This document shows, in pieces, positions 9,375-18,711 of a stretch of DNA of 64,000 nucleotides. The stretch is from Rhodospirillales bacterium (lineage in GTDB: Bacteria > Pseudomonadota > Alphaproteobacteria > Micavibrionales > Micavibrionaceae): the NCBI GenBank assembly GCA_020638335.1, contig JACKIT010000007.1:45-64044 (forward strand). The letters run 5' to 3'. The notes beneath the pieces were generated by a model. It ran no database searches. It had not been told where the DNA came from and saw only the letters and a program-made list of their open reading frames with translations. Within the stretch, counting starts at the first letter, position 1. Each line of letters starts with the position of its first letter. The translations under genes and the position numbers were made by a program.

Positions 9375-11195
9375 ATGAGCACGCATGAGACCAAACCACT
9401 CGAACATATCCGCAATTTTGCGATTATCGCGCATATCGACCATGGAAAATCGACGCTGGCGGACCGGTTGATCCAGACCTGCGGCGGGCTGGAAGAGCGC
9501 GAAATGCAGGAACAGGTGCTGGATAACACCGATATTGAGCGTGAGCGCGGCATTACGATCAAAGCGCAGACCGTGCGGCTGGAATACACGGCCAAGGACG
9601 GGATCGCCTATCAGCTCAATTTGATGGACACGCCGGGACATGTGGATTTTTCTTATGAGGTTTCGCGATCGCTGGCCTCATGCGAAGGCTCGCTCCTTGT
9701 TGTTGATGCGTCCCAAGGCGTGGAAGCACAGACGCTGGCCAATGTGTATATGGCGCTGGATAACGATCATGAGATTGTGCCGGTGATTAACAAGATCGAT
9801 CTGCCCGCCGCTTGCCCCGACCGGGTAAAGACTGAAGTTGAGGATGTCATCGGACTGGATTGTTCAGAGGCCGTCTGCGTCAGTGCCAAGACAGGCAAAG
9901 GCATTGATGAATTGCTTGAGGCGATTGTCACCAAGCTCCCCCCTCCGCATGAGGGTGATGCGACAGCGCCGACCAAGGCTTTGCTGGTCGATAGCTGGTA
10001 TGACATTTATCTGGGCGTGGTGGTGCTGGTGCGCGTCATAGACGGGTATTTGCGCAAAGGCCAAAAGATCAAGTTCATGTCCAATGGACGGGTGCGCGAG
10101 ATCGACCGCGTCGGAATGTTCACCCCGAAAAAGGTCGAGCTGGATGTGCTTGGCCCCGGCGAGATGGGCTTTATCACAGCCTCAATCAAGGATATTTCCG
10201 AGACGAATGTCGGGGATACGATCACCGATGATAAAAAGCCGTGCGCAGAGCGTTTGCCTGGCTTTAAACCGTCGATTCCGATGGTGTTTTGTTCGTTTTA
10301 TCCAGCCGATGCGGGGGATTTTGAAAAGCTGCGTGAGAGTTTGGGCAAAATCCGCCTCAATGATGCGAGTTTGCATTATGAGCCGGAAAGCAGTCAGGCT
10401 TTGGGCCTTGGCTTTCGCTGCGGGTTTTTGGGACTGCTTCATATGGAGATTATTCAGGAGCGGCTGGAGCGGGAATTTGACCTCGATCTGATCCCGACCG
10501 CGCCTTCCGTGGTGTATAAGCTGAACCTGACCAATGGTGAGAAAATGGAGCTGTATAACCCGGTCGATATGCCCGAGGTGCAGCGGATTGAAACGATTGA
10601 AGAGCCGTGGATTAAGGCGACCATTCTGGTGCCGGATGAGTATCTCGGCGGGCTTTTACAACTGTGTCAGGAACGGCGCGGGGTGCAGATCGACTTGACC
10701 TATGCGGGAGGCCGGGCGATGCTGATCTACCGCCTGCCGCTTAATGAGGTGGTGTTTGATTTTTACGACCGGCTGAAGAGCATTTCCAAAGGCTATGCGA
10801 GTTTTGATTACGAACTGGACGGGTATGGGCCAAATGCGCTGGTGAAGCTGGAAATCCGGGTGAATGAAGAACCGGTGGATGCGCTGGCGATGATTTGCCA
10901 CCGCGATAATGCGGAGGCTAGAGGCCGCCAGATGTGCGAACGGCTGAAAGAGCTGATCCCGCGCCAGATGTTTAAAATCGCCATTCAGGCGGCGATTGGC
11001 GGCAAGATTATCGCGCGGGAGAATGTGTCGGCGTTGCGCAAGGACGTGACGGCGAAATGTTACGGCGGGGATATTACGCGCAAGAAGAAGCTGCTGGAAA
11101 AGCAGAAAAAAGGGAAGGCGAAGATGCGCCAATATGGTAATGTGGAGATCCCTCAGTCTGCTTTTATTGCAGCCCTTAAAATGGGAGATGAGTGA
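9375..11195 (+). CDS. lepA: Translation elongation factor 4 (LepA)
   Basis: [22 protein letters not shown]1 motif, [12 protein letters not shown], and the C-terminal LepA-specific domain ([23 protein letters not shown]). The start is taken at the ATG at 9375; the track begins at a TTG at 9369. Confidence 0.97.
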   Translation: MSTHETKPLEHIRNFAIIAHIDHGKSTLADRLIQTCGGLEEREMQEQVLDNTDIERERGITIKAQTVRLEYTAKDGIAYQLNLMDTPGHVDFSYEVSRSLASCEGSLLVVDASQGVEAQTLANVYMALDNDHEIVPVINKIDLPAACPDRVKTEVEDVIGLDCSEAVCVSAKTGKGIDELLEAIVTKLPPPHEGDATAPTKALLVDSWYDIYLGVVVLVRVIDGYLRKGQKIKFMSNGRVREIDRVGMFTPKKVELDVLGPGEMGFITASIKDISETNVGDTITDDKKPCAERLPGFKPSIPMVFCSFYPADAGDFEKLRESLGKIRLNDASLHYEPESSQALGLGFRCGFLGLLHMEIIQERLEREFDLDLIPTAPSVVYKLNLTNGEKMELYNPVDMPEVQRIETIEEPWIKATILVPDEYLGGLLQLCQERRGVQIDLTYAGGRAMLIYRLPLNEVVFDFYDRLKSISKGYASFDYELDGYGPNALVKLEIRVNEEPVDALAMICHRDNAEARGRQMCERLKELIPRQMFKIAIQAAIGGKIIARENVSALRKDVTAKCYGGDITRKKKLLEKQKKGKAKMRQYGNVEIPQSAFIAALKMGDE

Positions 11196-11602
11196 TGAGC
11201 GAACGCTGGAAACAACGATTTGAAAATTTTGAAAAGGCTTATAGCGTATTGGCTGATGCGCTTTATGCTGATTTCAGTGACCTGTCCGATCTGGAGAAGA
11301 TGGGATGCATTCAGGCGTTTGAGATTACGTTCGAGCTATCGTGGAAAGTGATGAAAGATTATCTGATTTACTCAGGGGTCAAGTTGATCGAGATTACCCC
11401 GCGTAAAGTAATTCAGGAAGCGATGGCAGCGGGGCTTATTCAGGACGGTGATATGTGGCTGAACATGCTCAAAAACCGCAATCTTACATCGCATACCTAT
11501 GATGAATCGCATATTTTGAGCGGTGTTGAGATGATTGAAACAGATTACTTGCCGCATATTTCGGCTCTCTATGAATATCTTAAAGGGCAGAATGATGGTT
11601 GA
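11195..11602 (+). CDS. HEPN-domain protein, HI0074-type nucleotidyltransferase substrate-binding subunit (putative toxin)
   Basis: IQAFEITFELSWKVMKDYL and the RN(LTS)H Rx4H HEPN motif (LKNRNLTSHTYDE). The ATG overlaps the lepA TGA by 1 nt (TGATG). Confidence 0.85.
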   Translation: MSERWKQRFENFEKAYSVLADALYADFSDLSDLEKMGCIQAFEITFELSWKVMKDYLIYSGVKLIEITPRKVIQEAMAAGLIQDGDMWLNMLKNRNLTSHTYDESHILSGVEMIETDYLPHISALYEYLKGQNDG

Positions 11603-11942
11603 GCCGAACCGTTATGAAGACCAGCCTTTCGGCCTGCCGCCGCTGACGATTGACAATATCCGCCGGTTTTTTATGGGCTGGCCGGAAATTGAGCGCGTGG
11701 AAATTTTCGGATCGCGCGCGATGGGAAATTATCGCTATAATTCCGATATTGATATATGCGTCTGGGGTAAAACCATAGATTCTGAGCTGTTTAGCCGTAT
11801 CCGCTCCGGGCTGCAAGACCTGCCGATTCCTTATAAAATTGATGTCGTGCAGTATGAAACCATCTCCCACCCGCCCTTCAAAGCGCATATCGACGAGCAT
11901 GGCATCGATTTTTTTAAGGCGCTCAAGATGGGGAATGAGTGA
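11592..11942 (+). CDS. Minimal nucleotidyltransferase (MNT), putative cognate antitoxin
   Basis: FGSRAMGNYRYNSDIDICV (GSxxxG...DxD polymerase-beta-type NT motif). The start ATGATG at 11592/11595 overlaps the HEPN stop. Confidence 0.85.
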   Translation: MMVEPNRYEDQPFGLPPLTIDNIRRFFMGWPEIERVEIFGSRAMGNYRYNSDIDICVWGKTIDSELFSRIRSGLQDLPIPYKIDVVQYETISHPPFKAHIDEHGIDFFKALKMGNE

Positions 11943-12043
11943 TTATTCGCCTTTATTGTATATTCTTACATATAGATTGTTATATGTAACGAAAATGCTA
12001 TAATCATTACATAACAGCGGTTGTATGTAAGGAAAAATGGTCA

Positions 12044-12614
12044 ATGAAGATAGAAGAATTTGTTTCAGGAACTCATAAGCAACAATACCAATATAAGAGC
12101 TTTTCGCCTTCCCACATCAATACGGAACGGGCGTATCGGAAGGCTCCTTATTACCCTTTATCTGGTATCAGAGAAGTTTTTAAATAAGCCATCTCTTTAC
12201 CTCTCAGATTATTTAGAAAAACATAAAGGAGCTTATTACGATGCTCTCACCGTCGTGCGGGCATCCAATAATCTTGTACATTGGATAAAATTTTTTCTGA
12301 CCGCCATCATAGAAACCGCTGAAAAAGGGAAATCCACATTTCAGGAAATTCTGAAGCTTAAGAATGAAACGGATAATACCGTTATTCAAATGGGACAATG
12401 CGCTGAAAATGCAAAAATCATTATTCAACACCTGTATAAAAGACCTGCCATTACGGTTAACAACGTCAAATCGATCTTAAACTTAAAATCTCATCAGGCC
12501 GCAAATAGTCTTGTAAAAGAGCTGGAGAGGCAAAACATACTGATTGAAATCACAAATCAAAGAAGAAATAAAGTTTACATTTTCGAACGCTATTTGGCTC
12601 TCTTCAGGAATTAG
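12044..12614 (+). pseudogene. Fic/DOC-family protein remnant with an internal deletion and frameshift
   Basis: The ATG at 12044 opens MKIEEFVSGTHKQQYQYKSFSPSHIN, a typical Fic N-terminus, and stops after 47 codons. A different frame continues from the tail of the Fic motif (..NGRIGRLLITLYL, from HPFxDGNGRxGRLL) into the C-terminal winged-helix part. The core, including the catalytic His, is missing. Confidence 0.75.
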
Positions 12615-12650
12615 GGCTAAACATTTCGGTGAAGACGAAGGAGGCTTACC

Positions 12651-13274
12651 ATGACCAATCTCGCGCATAAAATCCGTGACAAAATCCACGAGCTACAAAG
12701 TGAGGTTGAGGCCGACCTGGCGGAAAAGCGGCGGGAATTTCAATACCGGTTTGAGCGGCGCAAGGTGATTTTCGAACAAGAGGCGCTGGCCTTGCAGCGC
12801 GAAGCGAAGATGGGGCTGGTCCGGTATTTCCGTGAATCGCGGTTGCCGGTCATTCTGACCTCGCCGCTGATCTACGCCATGATCATTCCAATCGTGATTT
12901 GCGATGCGTTTGTGAGCGTGTATCAGGCGATCTGCTTTCCGATTTACGGCATCCCGAAGGTCAAGCGCCGTGACTATGTAGTGATGGACCGTAAATATCT
13001 GGCCTATCTCAACCTGATTGAGAAGATGAATTGTATTTATTGCGAGTATGCCAACGGGGTGATTGCCTATGTGCGCGAGATCGCCAGCCGGACTGAGCAA
13101 TATTGGTGCCCGATTAAGCATGCCAGAAAGCTCAAGGACCAGCCGGCGCGTTATTACGGTTATCTTGAGTATGGTGATAGCGCGGCTTTGCACGAGAAAT
13201 GGGAGGCTCAGCGCGACAAATGCCGCGCCTGTGAAATGCCGGGTGAGTGCGCCGGGAAGGTGGAGGGGGAGTGA
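12651..13274 (+). CDS. Hypothetical membrane protein with a Cys-rich C-terminal region (207 aa)
   Basis: N-terminal coiled-coil-like segment, TM helix (ILTSPLIYAMIIPIVICDAFV), CIYCEY...WCP...CRACE cysteine pattern. No named family recognised. Confidence 0.6.
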   Translation: MTNLAHKIRDKIHELQSEVEADLAEKRREFQYRFERRKVIFEQEALALQREAKMGLVRYFRESRLPVILTSPLIYAMIIPIVICDAFVSVYQAICFPIYGIPKVKRRDYVVMDRKYLAYLNLIEKMNCIYCEYANGVIAYVREIASRTEQYWCPIKHARKLKDQPARYYGYLEYGDSAALHEKWEAQRDKCRACEMPGECAGKVEGE

Positions 13275-14467
13275 TGGAGAAAATCACAAATAAAGAGGCT
13301 CAAAACAAAATAGACCAGCTCAAAAACACTAAAATCTGGCGTTATTTATCCTTTGATAAATTCATAGATCTCATAATAACTGGTGAATTACACTTTTCTC
13401 CCGCCAGTAGTTTCGAAGACACATGGGAAATGCACCCTCCTGCTTGCCTGAGAAACAGGGATAACTGGAGAAAGGCTATATTAAGTAAAAACTCGAGTTT
13501 AAATGGGTGTGATGTTGATATTGAGTTACTGATAGATGATGCGATCGGGCTTTTTTTAAATAGCTATAATAATAAAGATTTAGAATATTACTTTTCCTGT
13601 TGGTCTAAAACAGACCAAGACCACGCAGCACTTTGGAATATCTTCACAGACAAGAAAAACGCCGTAGCAATTTCAACAACCCCCTTGAAAATTTTTCAAG
13701 CCTTAAAATTTGGGAATGAAGAAAAGGAGCTCCAAAAAATATCCCAACATTTTCAGATGATCGAAACACACTATATAGACTTCGAAGAAGAAAATTTAAA
13801 CTTACTTGAATTTCCCAATAAAAGAATACAAATCTATTTTAGTGAGGAAAGCGATTACATACCTGGAAGCATTCGAGAAAGTAAATCTATGCCTTTACCT
13901 TATTCTTTCAAACGCAGCTCTTTTTGCTATGAAGAAGAAGTACGGTTAGTCTTTTTCTCCAGTCAAAACTCCGAACCATTCGCAAGAATAAAATTTGATC
14001 CCAATTATCTAATAGAAGACATTGTCATTGCCCCTTTGGCAAACGAATCTTTCGTAAACCATATTAAGGCAATCTGTGCAGGCAGAGAATTTGGATACAA
14101 CATTAGGCGTTCAAAACTAACACCCCCACAGCTCACTCCGGAAGAAATAGAATTATCAAACAACTATGTAACCTGCCTTAAAAACTATAGAAAGGTTCAA
14201 GCAGAAAGAAGAAACAAACAGTGCGGATACATTGTGTTTGACAGCAAAGAAGGCTTTGAAAAATGGCATCAAGAAGTGAAACGTTTTATGGGGCTCCCTC
14301 GTTTTGGAAGACGTGGCGATAGTGGCGATTATGGATACGCTGCTTGTGGCACTTATGAATGGTGTGAACCCGAGCCTTATAAAGATGGAAAATATTTAGG
14401 CTACGCGACTCCTTCGATCTGCTTCGAACATAAGTTAGAACCCCTAAAAATTGCCGAAAACAAGTGA
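13274..14467 (+). CDS. DUF2971-like protein (397 aa), AT-rich gene
   Basis: The N-terminus IWRYLSFDKFIDLIITGELHFSPASSFEDTWE matches the DUF2971 signature (YkY.s...l..il....l.fs....fNDP.E) as I recall it. The ATG shares 1 nt with the upstream TGA. The gene is visibly AT-rich compared with its flanks. Confidence 0.6.
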   Translation: MEKITNKEAQNKIDQLKNTKIWRYLSFDKFIDLIITGELHFSPASSFEDTWEMHPPACLRNRDNWRKAILSKNSSLNGCDVDIELLIDDAIGLFLNSYNNKDLEYYFSCWSKTDQDHAALWNIFTDKKNAVAISTTPLKIFQALKFGNEEKELQKISQHFQMIETHYIDFEEENLNLLEFPNKRIQIYFSEESDYIPGSIRESKSMPLPYSFKRSSFCYEEEVRLVFFSSQNSEPFARIKFDPNYLIEDIVIAPLANESFVNHIKAICAGREFGYNIRRSKLTPPQLTPEEIELSNNYVTCLKNYRKVQAERRNKQCGYIVFDSKEGFEKWHQEVKRFMGLPRFGRRGDSGDYGYAACGTYEWCEPEPYKDGKYLGYATPSICFEHKLEPLKIAENK

Positions 14468-14489
14468 ATTCTCTCAAAAACCTTCCAAA

Positions 14490-14522
14490 CGCCCACTATT
14501 GCCTCCCTGCGCTCGCAATGAC
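14490..14522. repeat. Truncated family-1 palindromic element (right terminus only)
   Basis: ...gcctccctgcgctcgcaatgac. The CTCGCAATGAC terminus matches 51703..51713 and 55698..55708. No left arm is present. Confidence 0.5.
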
Positions 14523-14533
14523 ATAGTGTGCGG

Positions 14534-14731
14534 ATGAAACGAGGATTGGTGATATTTGGCGGGGTGATGGCGTTGTTGATCGCTGCGGCGTTCATATATG
14601 ACGCGCTCACGGCCAAGCCGCAGCGGGAAATTCTGATTGATCGGGATTATGTGCCGAAGCAGGCACGCCCTCTTGCCGCCCCTGCCTCCGGCCCCACTGC
14701 GGATGACACGCTGACGCCGATGCCGGAATGA
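14534..14731 (+). CDS. Small membrane protein (65 aa)
   Basis: MKRGLVIFGGVMALLIAAAFIY forms a TM helix. ORF only. Confidence 0.4.
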   Translation: MKRGLVIFGGVMALLIAAAFIYDALTAKPQREILIDRDYVPKQARPLAAPASGPTADDTLTPMPE

Positions 14732-14800
14732 GCACGGCGCAGTTTGCCGTAATCAGAACTTGGTCATTTTACCTAGAAAATAAAACACCCCCCACCCCTA

Positions 14801-14846
14801 CCCTCCCCCTCAAGGGGGAGGGATGAAAAGACCTTCTCGCAATGAC
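14801..14846. repeat. Short hairpin (CCCTCCCCC-tcaa-GGGGGAGGG) plus another family-1 right terminus (ttctcgcaatgac)
   Basis: Read directly from the sequence. It lies between two convergent genes. Confidence 0.5.
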
Positions 14847-14855
14847 GATCGTTCC

Positions 14856-15236
14856 TTAAGCTGCCAGTTCCCGGCCGCCGCCGATCCAGTCTTTCGCCTG
14901 GTCTACCTCATCCAGCCTGTAAAAATTTACCTCACCGGGGAAGAAGGGCTTAAACAGCGCAGTCATATTGCGAATCCAGCCCTCGTCTGTGACAAAAGCG
15001 ATATGCGAAAGATCATTCCAATGTCTGATCCCATAGCTCATATCATCCCACATGGCGGAAAGTTCCATACCATCAAAATCCTTCGCGATCACGAGCATCA
15101 TTTTCAGCGGCTTATGCTTTTCCAGCATTTCATCGCAAAGCGGCAACATGCCCTCGACGTAATCTTCATGCGTCAGCTTGCCGCTGACTTCCACACCCAG
15201 TACATTTTCAGGAAGGCCTTCAATTTGCTTAAACAT
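14856..15236 (-). CDS. STAS / SpoIIAA-like domain protein
   Basis: MFKQIEGLPENVLGVEVSGKLTHEDY...IAFVTDEGWIRNMT...FYRLDEVDQAKDWI is typical of the SpoIIAA-like (DUF3478-type) family. The start is taken at the internal Met. Confidence 0.7.
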   Translation of the reverse strand: MFKQIEGLPENVLGVEVSGKLTHEDYVEGMLPLCDEMLEKHKPLKMMLVIAKDFDGMELSAMWDDMSYGIRHWNDLSHIAFVTDEGWIRNMTALFKPFFPGEVNFYRLDEVDQAKDWIGGGRELAA

Positions 15237-15420
15237 TGTGTTTACTCCTTTTTGCATGGATACTTTTGAGCTTACGCCTGTTTGCGAGCCAGTTATTTGA
15301 CCTTTGTCAAGCATGGCGAAATTGAAGACAAGGCCCCTTCCCTATACTCAGAAAATCGCATTGACAATTCATTTTTTACAAAAAGCGTGACGTTTATGGA
15401 CAGGATGGTAAGGTTTGCCT

Positions 15421-15648
15421 ATGAGCAAGAAAGAACAGCATATCCGCCTACCCTGCGCGCAATGTGATGCGTTAACGATGCATACGCGCCAGAAAAAGCC
15501 CAGTAAGGGGTTGGATATTTTTCTCAGCCTGATGAGTTTGGGGTTGTGGCGGCTGGTGACGATGGTTCGGCCAAAGCGGCGCACGGTTTGCGATGTGTGC
15601 GGCAATATCTATTCAAAACGTCAGGGGGAAAAGACCTTAGGACGGTAA
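15421..15648 (+). CDS. Small zinc-ribbon-like membrane protein
   Basis: The Cys pairs CAQC...CDVC flank a TM helix (IFLSLMSLGLWRLV). Confidence 0.45.
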   Translation: MSKKEQHIRLPCAQCDALTMHTRQKKPSKGLDIFLSLMSLGLWRLVTMVRPKRRTVCDVCGNIYSKRQGEKTLGR

Positions 15649-15780
15649 AGAATGGAGGGGGCGGCGGTATTTAGTTTTTCAAAAGAATTAACGGCTTTTA
15701 ATTTTGATCGAAGATAGTGTATTCTGGTGCTATTACGCTGACACGCTCTTTCAACATCCTTTCAACATAGGGACAAATCC

Positions 15781-16278
15781 ATGATTAAATATGTTTCCGG
15801 TGATATTCTTCTTAGCGATGCGCAAGCGATTGCCCACGGCGTTGCGCCGGACGATCATTTTAATCAAGGGCTGGCGCTGACGCTGCGTGAACGTTTTCCG
15901 GCGATGGCGAAGGATTTTCGTCATTATTGCCACCAAAATAATCCGGATGCCGGGGGCGCGTGGCTATGGGCCGGGCCGGATGGCGTGATTATCAATTTGA
16001 TGACGCAAGAGCCTGCTCCGGATCATAATGCACATCCGGGCAAGGCCAGCGTGACAAATATTTCTCATGCGCTGAAAGATCTTTGCGCGATTATCGATGC
16101 GGAAAGCCTGACCTCCGTTGCTCTGCCGCGCCTGGCGACCGGTGTTGGCGGGCAGAATTGGGAAGATGTCAAGCCGCTGATTGAAGAGCATCTGGGTGGT
16201 CTTAAGATTCCTGTGATCGTTTATGAGACTTATACCAAGGGTGAAAAAGCGCAGGAAAAGATTTCCAAAGCGGCGTAA
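15781..16278 (+). CDS. Macro-domain (ADP-ribose binding/processing) protein
   Basis: MIKYVSGDILLSDAQAIAHGV...ALPRLATGVGG resembles stand-alone macro domains. Confidence 0.6.
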   Translation: MIKYVSGDILLSDAQAIAHGVAPDDHFNQGLALTLRERFPAMAKDFRHYCHQNNPDAGGAWLWAGPDGVIINLMTQEPAPDHNAHPGKASVTNISHALKDLCAIIDAESLTSVALPRLATGVGGQNWEDVKPLIEEHLGGLKIPVIVYETYTKGEKAQEKISKAA

Positions 16279-16339
16279 TGCTTTCCGTGAAATGAAGGGG
16301 AGCGATGGCAATTTTGAAAATTCGTGATACATTCGTTTC

Positions 16340-16876
16340 ATGAGCACGAAAAAAGCCGTTAACGATACCGAAGAGCCGCACGAAATCGACGTGGAAGATG
16401 CGCCGGAGAGGGAGGCACAAGCGCCGCTGGATCATCCTGACTTGCCGACCAGTCCGCCGATCATCCTGCTGCTCATGGTCATGGCGGGGATTGTCGCTGA
16501 CTGGCTGATGCCGATTAATTTCGGACATGGCTGGGGGGCTTTGGGCCTAATTTTGCTGCTGGGTGCTTTGGGCTACGCGTTCTGGTGCATGCAGCTTTTC
16601 AAAACCGCCGGAACGAATGTGAACCCGGCGATGCCGAGTTCTAGCCTTGTAACCGAAGGGCCGTATAAATATTCGCGCAACCCGATTTATGTGTGCTTTT
16701 TAATTGCCTATGTGGGGCTCGCCATGCTGGCCGATGCACCGGTGATGATTTTGCTAAGCGTCGGTCTCTTCTTCCTGCTCGACAAATATATCATCCAGCC
16801 TGAGGAAGAGTATCTCGAGGCGACCTTCGGCGAAGAATATCTTGATTATAAAAACACCGTCCGGCGCTGGGTATAA
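16340..16876 (+). CDS. Isoprenylcysteine carboxyl methyltransferase (ICMT)-family membrane methyltransferase
   Basis: Multiple TM helices and the TEGPYKYSRNPIYV motif. Confidence 0.75.
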   Translation: MSTKKAVNDTEEPHEIDVEDAPEREAQAPLDHPDLPTSPPIILLLMVMAGIVADWLMPINFGHGWGALGLILLLGALGYAFWCMQLFKTAGTNVNPAMPSSSLVTEGPYKYSRNPIYVCFLIAYVGLAMLADAPVMILLSVGLFFLLDKYIIQPEEEYLEATFGEEYLDYKNTVRRWV

Positions 16877-16949
16877 ACCTATTTTTGAAAAAGATGCCCC
16901 GCTCTTTCTTCCTCTCCCAAAAGAGCTGAGCATAGATTTGAGGGAAAGT

Positions 16950-17414
16950 TTAGTGGTGTTTTTTATGATATTTTTTATGCGCGTTTTCATGGGCCCTTTT
17001 GTGCTTGGCGGGCATTTTATCGTGACGATCATTATCACTAAAATAAAAGAACGCGGAATAATGCGGATGGCCGTAATAGCGGGGATAATAGCTACTGTAA
17101 TAGCGCCGCGCTTTATAATAATGGCCATACGGCGCATAATAGCGATCGACAATCACAATACGGGTATCGCGATCATATAAATCATCATAGATGCGCTCGC
17201 GCACTTTTTCACGAGCGGGCTCAGGACCGCCGAGCTTTACAATTTCCCAAACGCCGCCGTCGCGCCTACACGCTTCGCCGTAGCCGACTTCTATTTTACC
17301 GCCAATGCGGATTGTTTTTGTATATTCACGGCAATAATCACGCGCTTGTGCATTTGCTGAAAACATAAACGGGATTGCAGCGAGCGCTGCAATTGTTAAG
17401 ATTTTATGTTTCAT
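16950..17414 (-). CDS. Secreted protein with a Cys-containing N-domain and a Tyr/His/Lys/Arg-rich tail
   Basis: Signal peptide MKHKILTIAALAAIPFMFSANAQA, then CREYT...GYGEAC, then a YY/HKK low-complexity C-terminus. Confidence 0.6.
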   Translation of the reverse strand: MKHKILTIAALAAIPFMFSANAQARDYCREYTKTIRIGGKIEVGYGEACRRDGGVWEIVKLGGPEPAREKVRERIYDDLYDRDTRIVIVDRYYAPYGHYYKARRYYSSYYPRYYGHPHYSAFFYFSDNDRHDKMPAKHKRAHENAHKKYHKKHH

Positions 17415-17560
17415 TGTCACTACTCCATTTATTTAAATCTGGCCTTTTCCCGTCATACGTATGCGGTTTTAAAAACCCTTCGAAAAAATAAAGGCCGGTT
17501 GCCTGGCCTCACGTAAAACGCTAGGTTGAAGCTTCATAATATTTTTGAGGAGATATTATT

Positions 17561-18289
17561 ATGCGCCTGATTTTATTTGCCGTAAGCGCTCTACTGCTTA
17601 TTTTACCCCAAAACGCAGTAGCACAGTGCGGCGCCAGCCCTGCCCCCGATATACCGGATGGACATTTGATGATGAATTTTTCGGCGACTGAGCGGCGCGA
17701 CGTTGAGCAAGATCTGCTGGTGACAACGCTGTCTTATAGCGCAACCAACCGTGATGTAAGCACCTTGCAAAACGAAGTTAACAGCACCATGAAAAAAGTA
17801 CTTGAGCGCGTCAAACGAGAAAAGAAAATTGAAGCGCAAACAGGCGCGTATCAGGTGTATGAAACCAGCGATCCGCGTACAAAAGAACGGCTTTGGCGCG
17901 GTTCTCAGAATATTACACTTAAATCCAGAAATGCTGATGACTTGCTGGCGCTTAGCGGAGATTTACAGGACATGAAGCTGGCAACGCATGGCCTTAGCTA
18001 TACGCTTGACCCTGAAACGGCTGCGAGCGTTAAAGACAGTTTGATGGAAGCAGCACTGATAAAACTTCAACAGCGCGCGGATCGCGCGGCGAAGGCGCTT
18101 GGAAAGTCCAGCGCTTCTTTGCGTGAGGTTACAGTTGTGAATGAGGATGCCTCCTACTCTAATCCACAAATGTATGAACGCAGTATGGTAGCGGAGGACG
18201 ATGCAATGGATATGGCTGCGCCAGTTGCCCAGGCCGGAGAGACGACGATCAGCCTGAGCGTAAATGCAACGGCGGTTTTAAAGCCTTAA
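17561..18289 (+). CDS. SIMPL-domain (DUF541) periplasmic protein
   Basis: Signal peptide, size, and C-terminal ...AGETTISLSVNATAVLKP are typical of SIMPL proteins. Confidence 0.7.
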   Translation: MRLILFAVSALLLILPQNAVAQCGASPAPDIPDGHLMMNFSATERRDVEQDLLVTTLSYSATNRDVSTLQNEVNSTMKKVLERVKREKKIEAQTGAYQVYETSDPRTKERLWRGSQNITLKSRNADDLLALSGDLQDMKLATHGLSYTLDPETAASVKDSLMEAALIKLQQRADRAAKALGKSSASLREVTVVNEDASYSNPQMYERSMVAEDDAMDMAAPVAQAGETTISLSVNATAVLKP

Positions 18290-18308
18290 TTAAGAGCAAT
18301 ACGAACCC

Positions 18309-18704
18309 ATGGCCTTGCTGTTTATTTACGGCACATTAATGCGGGGGTTTCACAATGCCGCGCGGCTTGATCTCGGACATTTTTTAGGCCCGGTGCGTAC
18401 GGCCAGAGAGGAGTGCAGCATGGTGGCATGTGTTGATCCTCCTTATCCATTTCCAGGCGTTATTGCCGGACACAGCCATATCGCCGGAGAGCTATATGAT
18501 GTGAGTACCCACCTGTTGCGTCTGCTTGATGATTTTGAGCTTGAAGGTCAGGAATACATGCGTGAAACCATAGCCCTAAACAACGGTGAACATGCGCAGT
18601 ATTACAGGCTTATTTATCCAAGCAGACTTACGGTTGTTGACCGGCATGCACAGATTGATTTTAACAAAGGCGAAAATTGCTATCGCTGGGTTAACGTAGA
18701 GTAA
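18309..18704 (+). CDS. Gamma-glutamylcyclotransferase (AIG2/GGACT-like) family protein
   Basis: N-terminal LFIYGTLMRG motif; size about 130 aa. Confidence 0.7.
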   Translation: MALLFIYGTLMRGFHNAARLDLGHFLGPVRTAREECSMVACVDPPYPFPGVIAGHSHIAGELYDVSTHLLRLLDDFELEGQEYMRETIALNNGEHAQYYRLIYPSRLTVVDRHAQIDFNKGENCYRWVNVE

Positions 18705-18711
18705 AAAAGTG

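Noticed and set aside
14823-15269. 148-aa plus-strand ORF overlapping the STAS-domain gene
   Set aside because: The opposite strand encodes a recognisable SpoIIAA-like protein. The plus-strand ORF begins inside a repeat hairpin and has no recognisable features.
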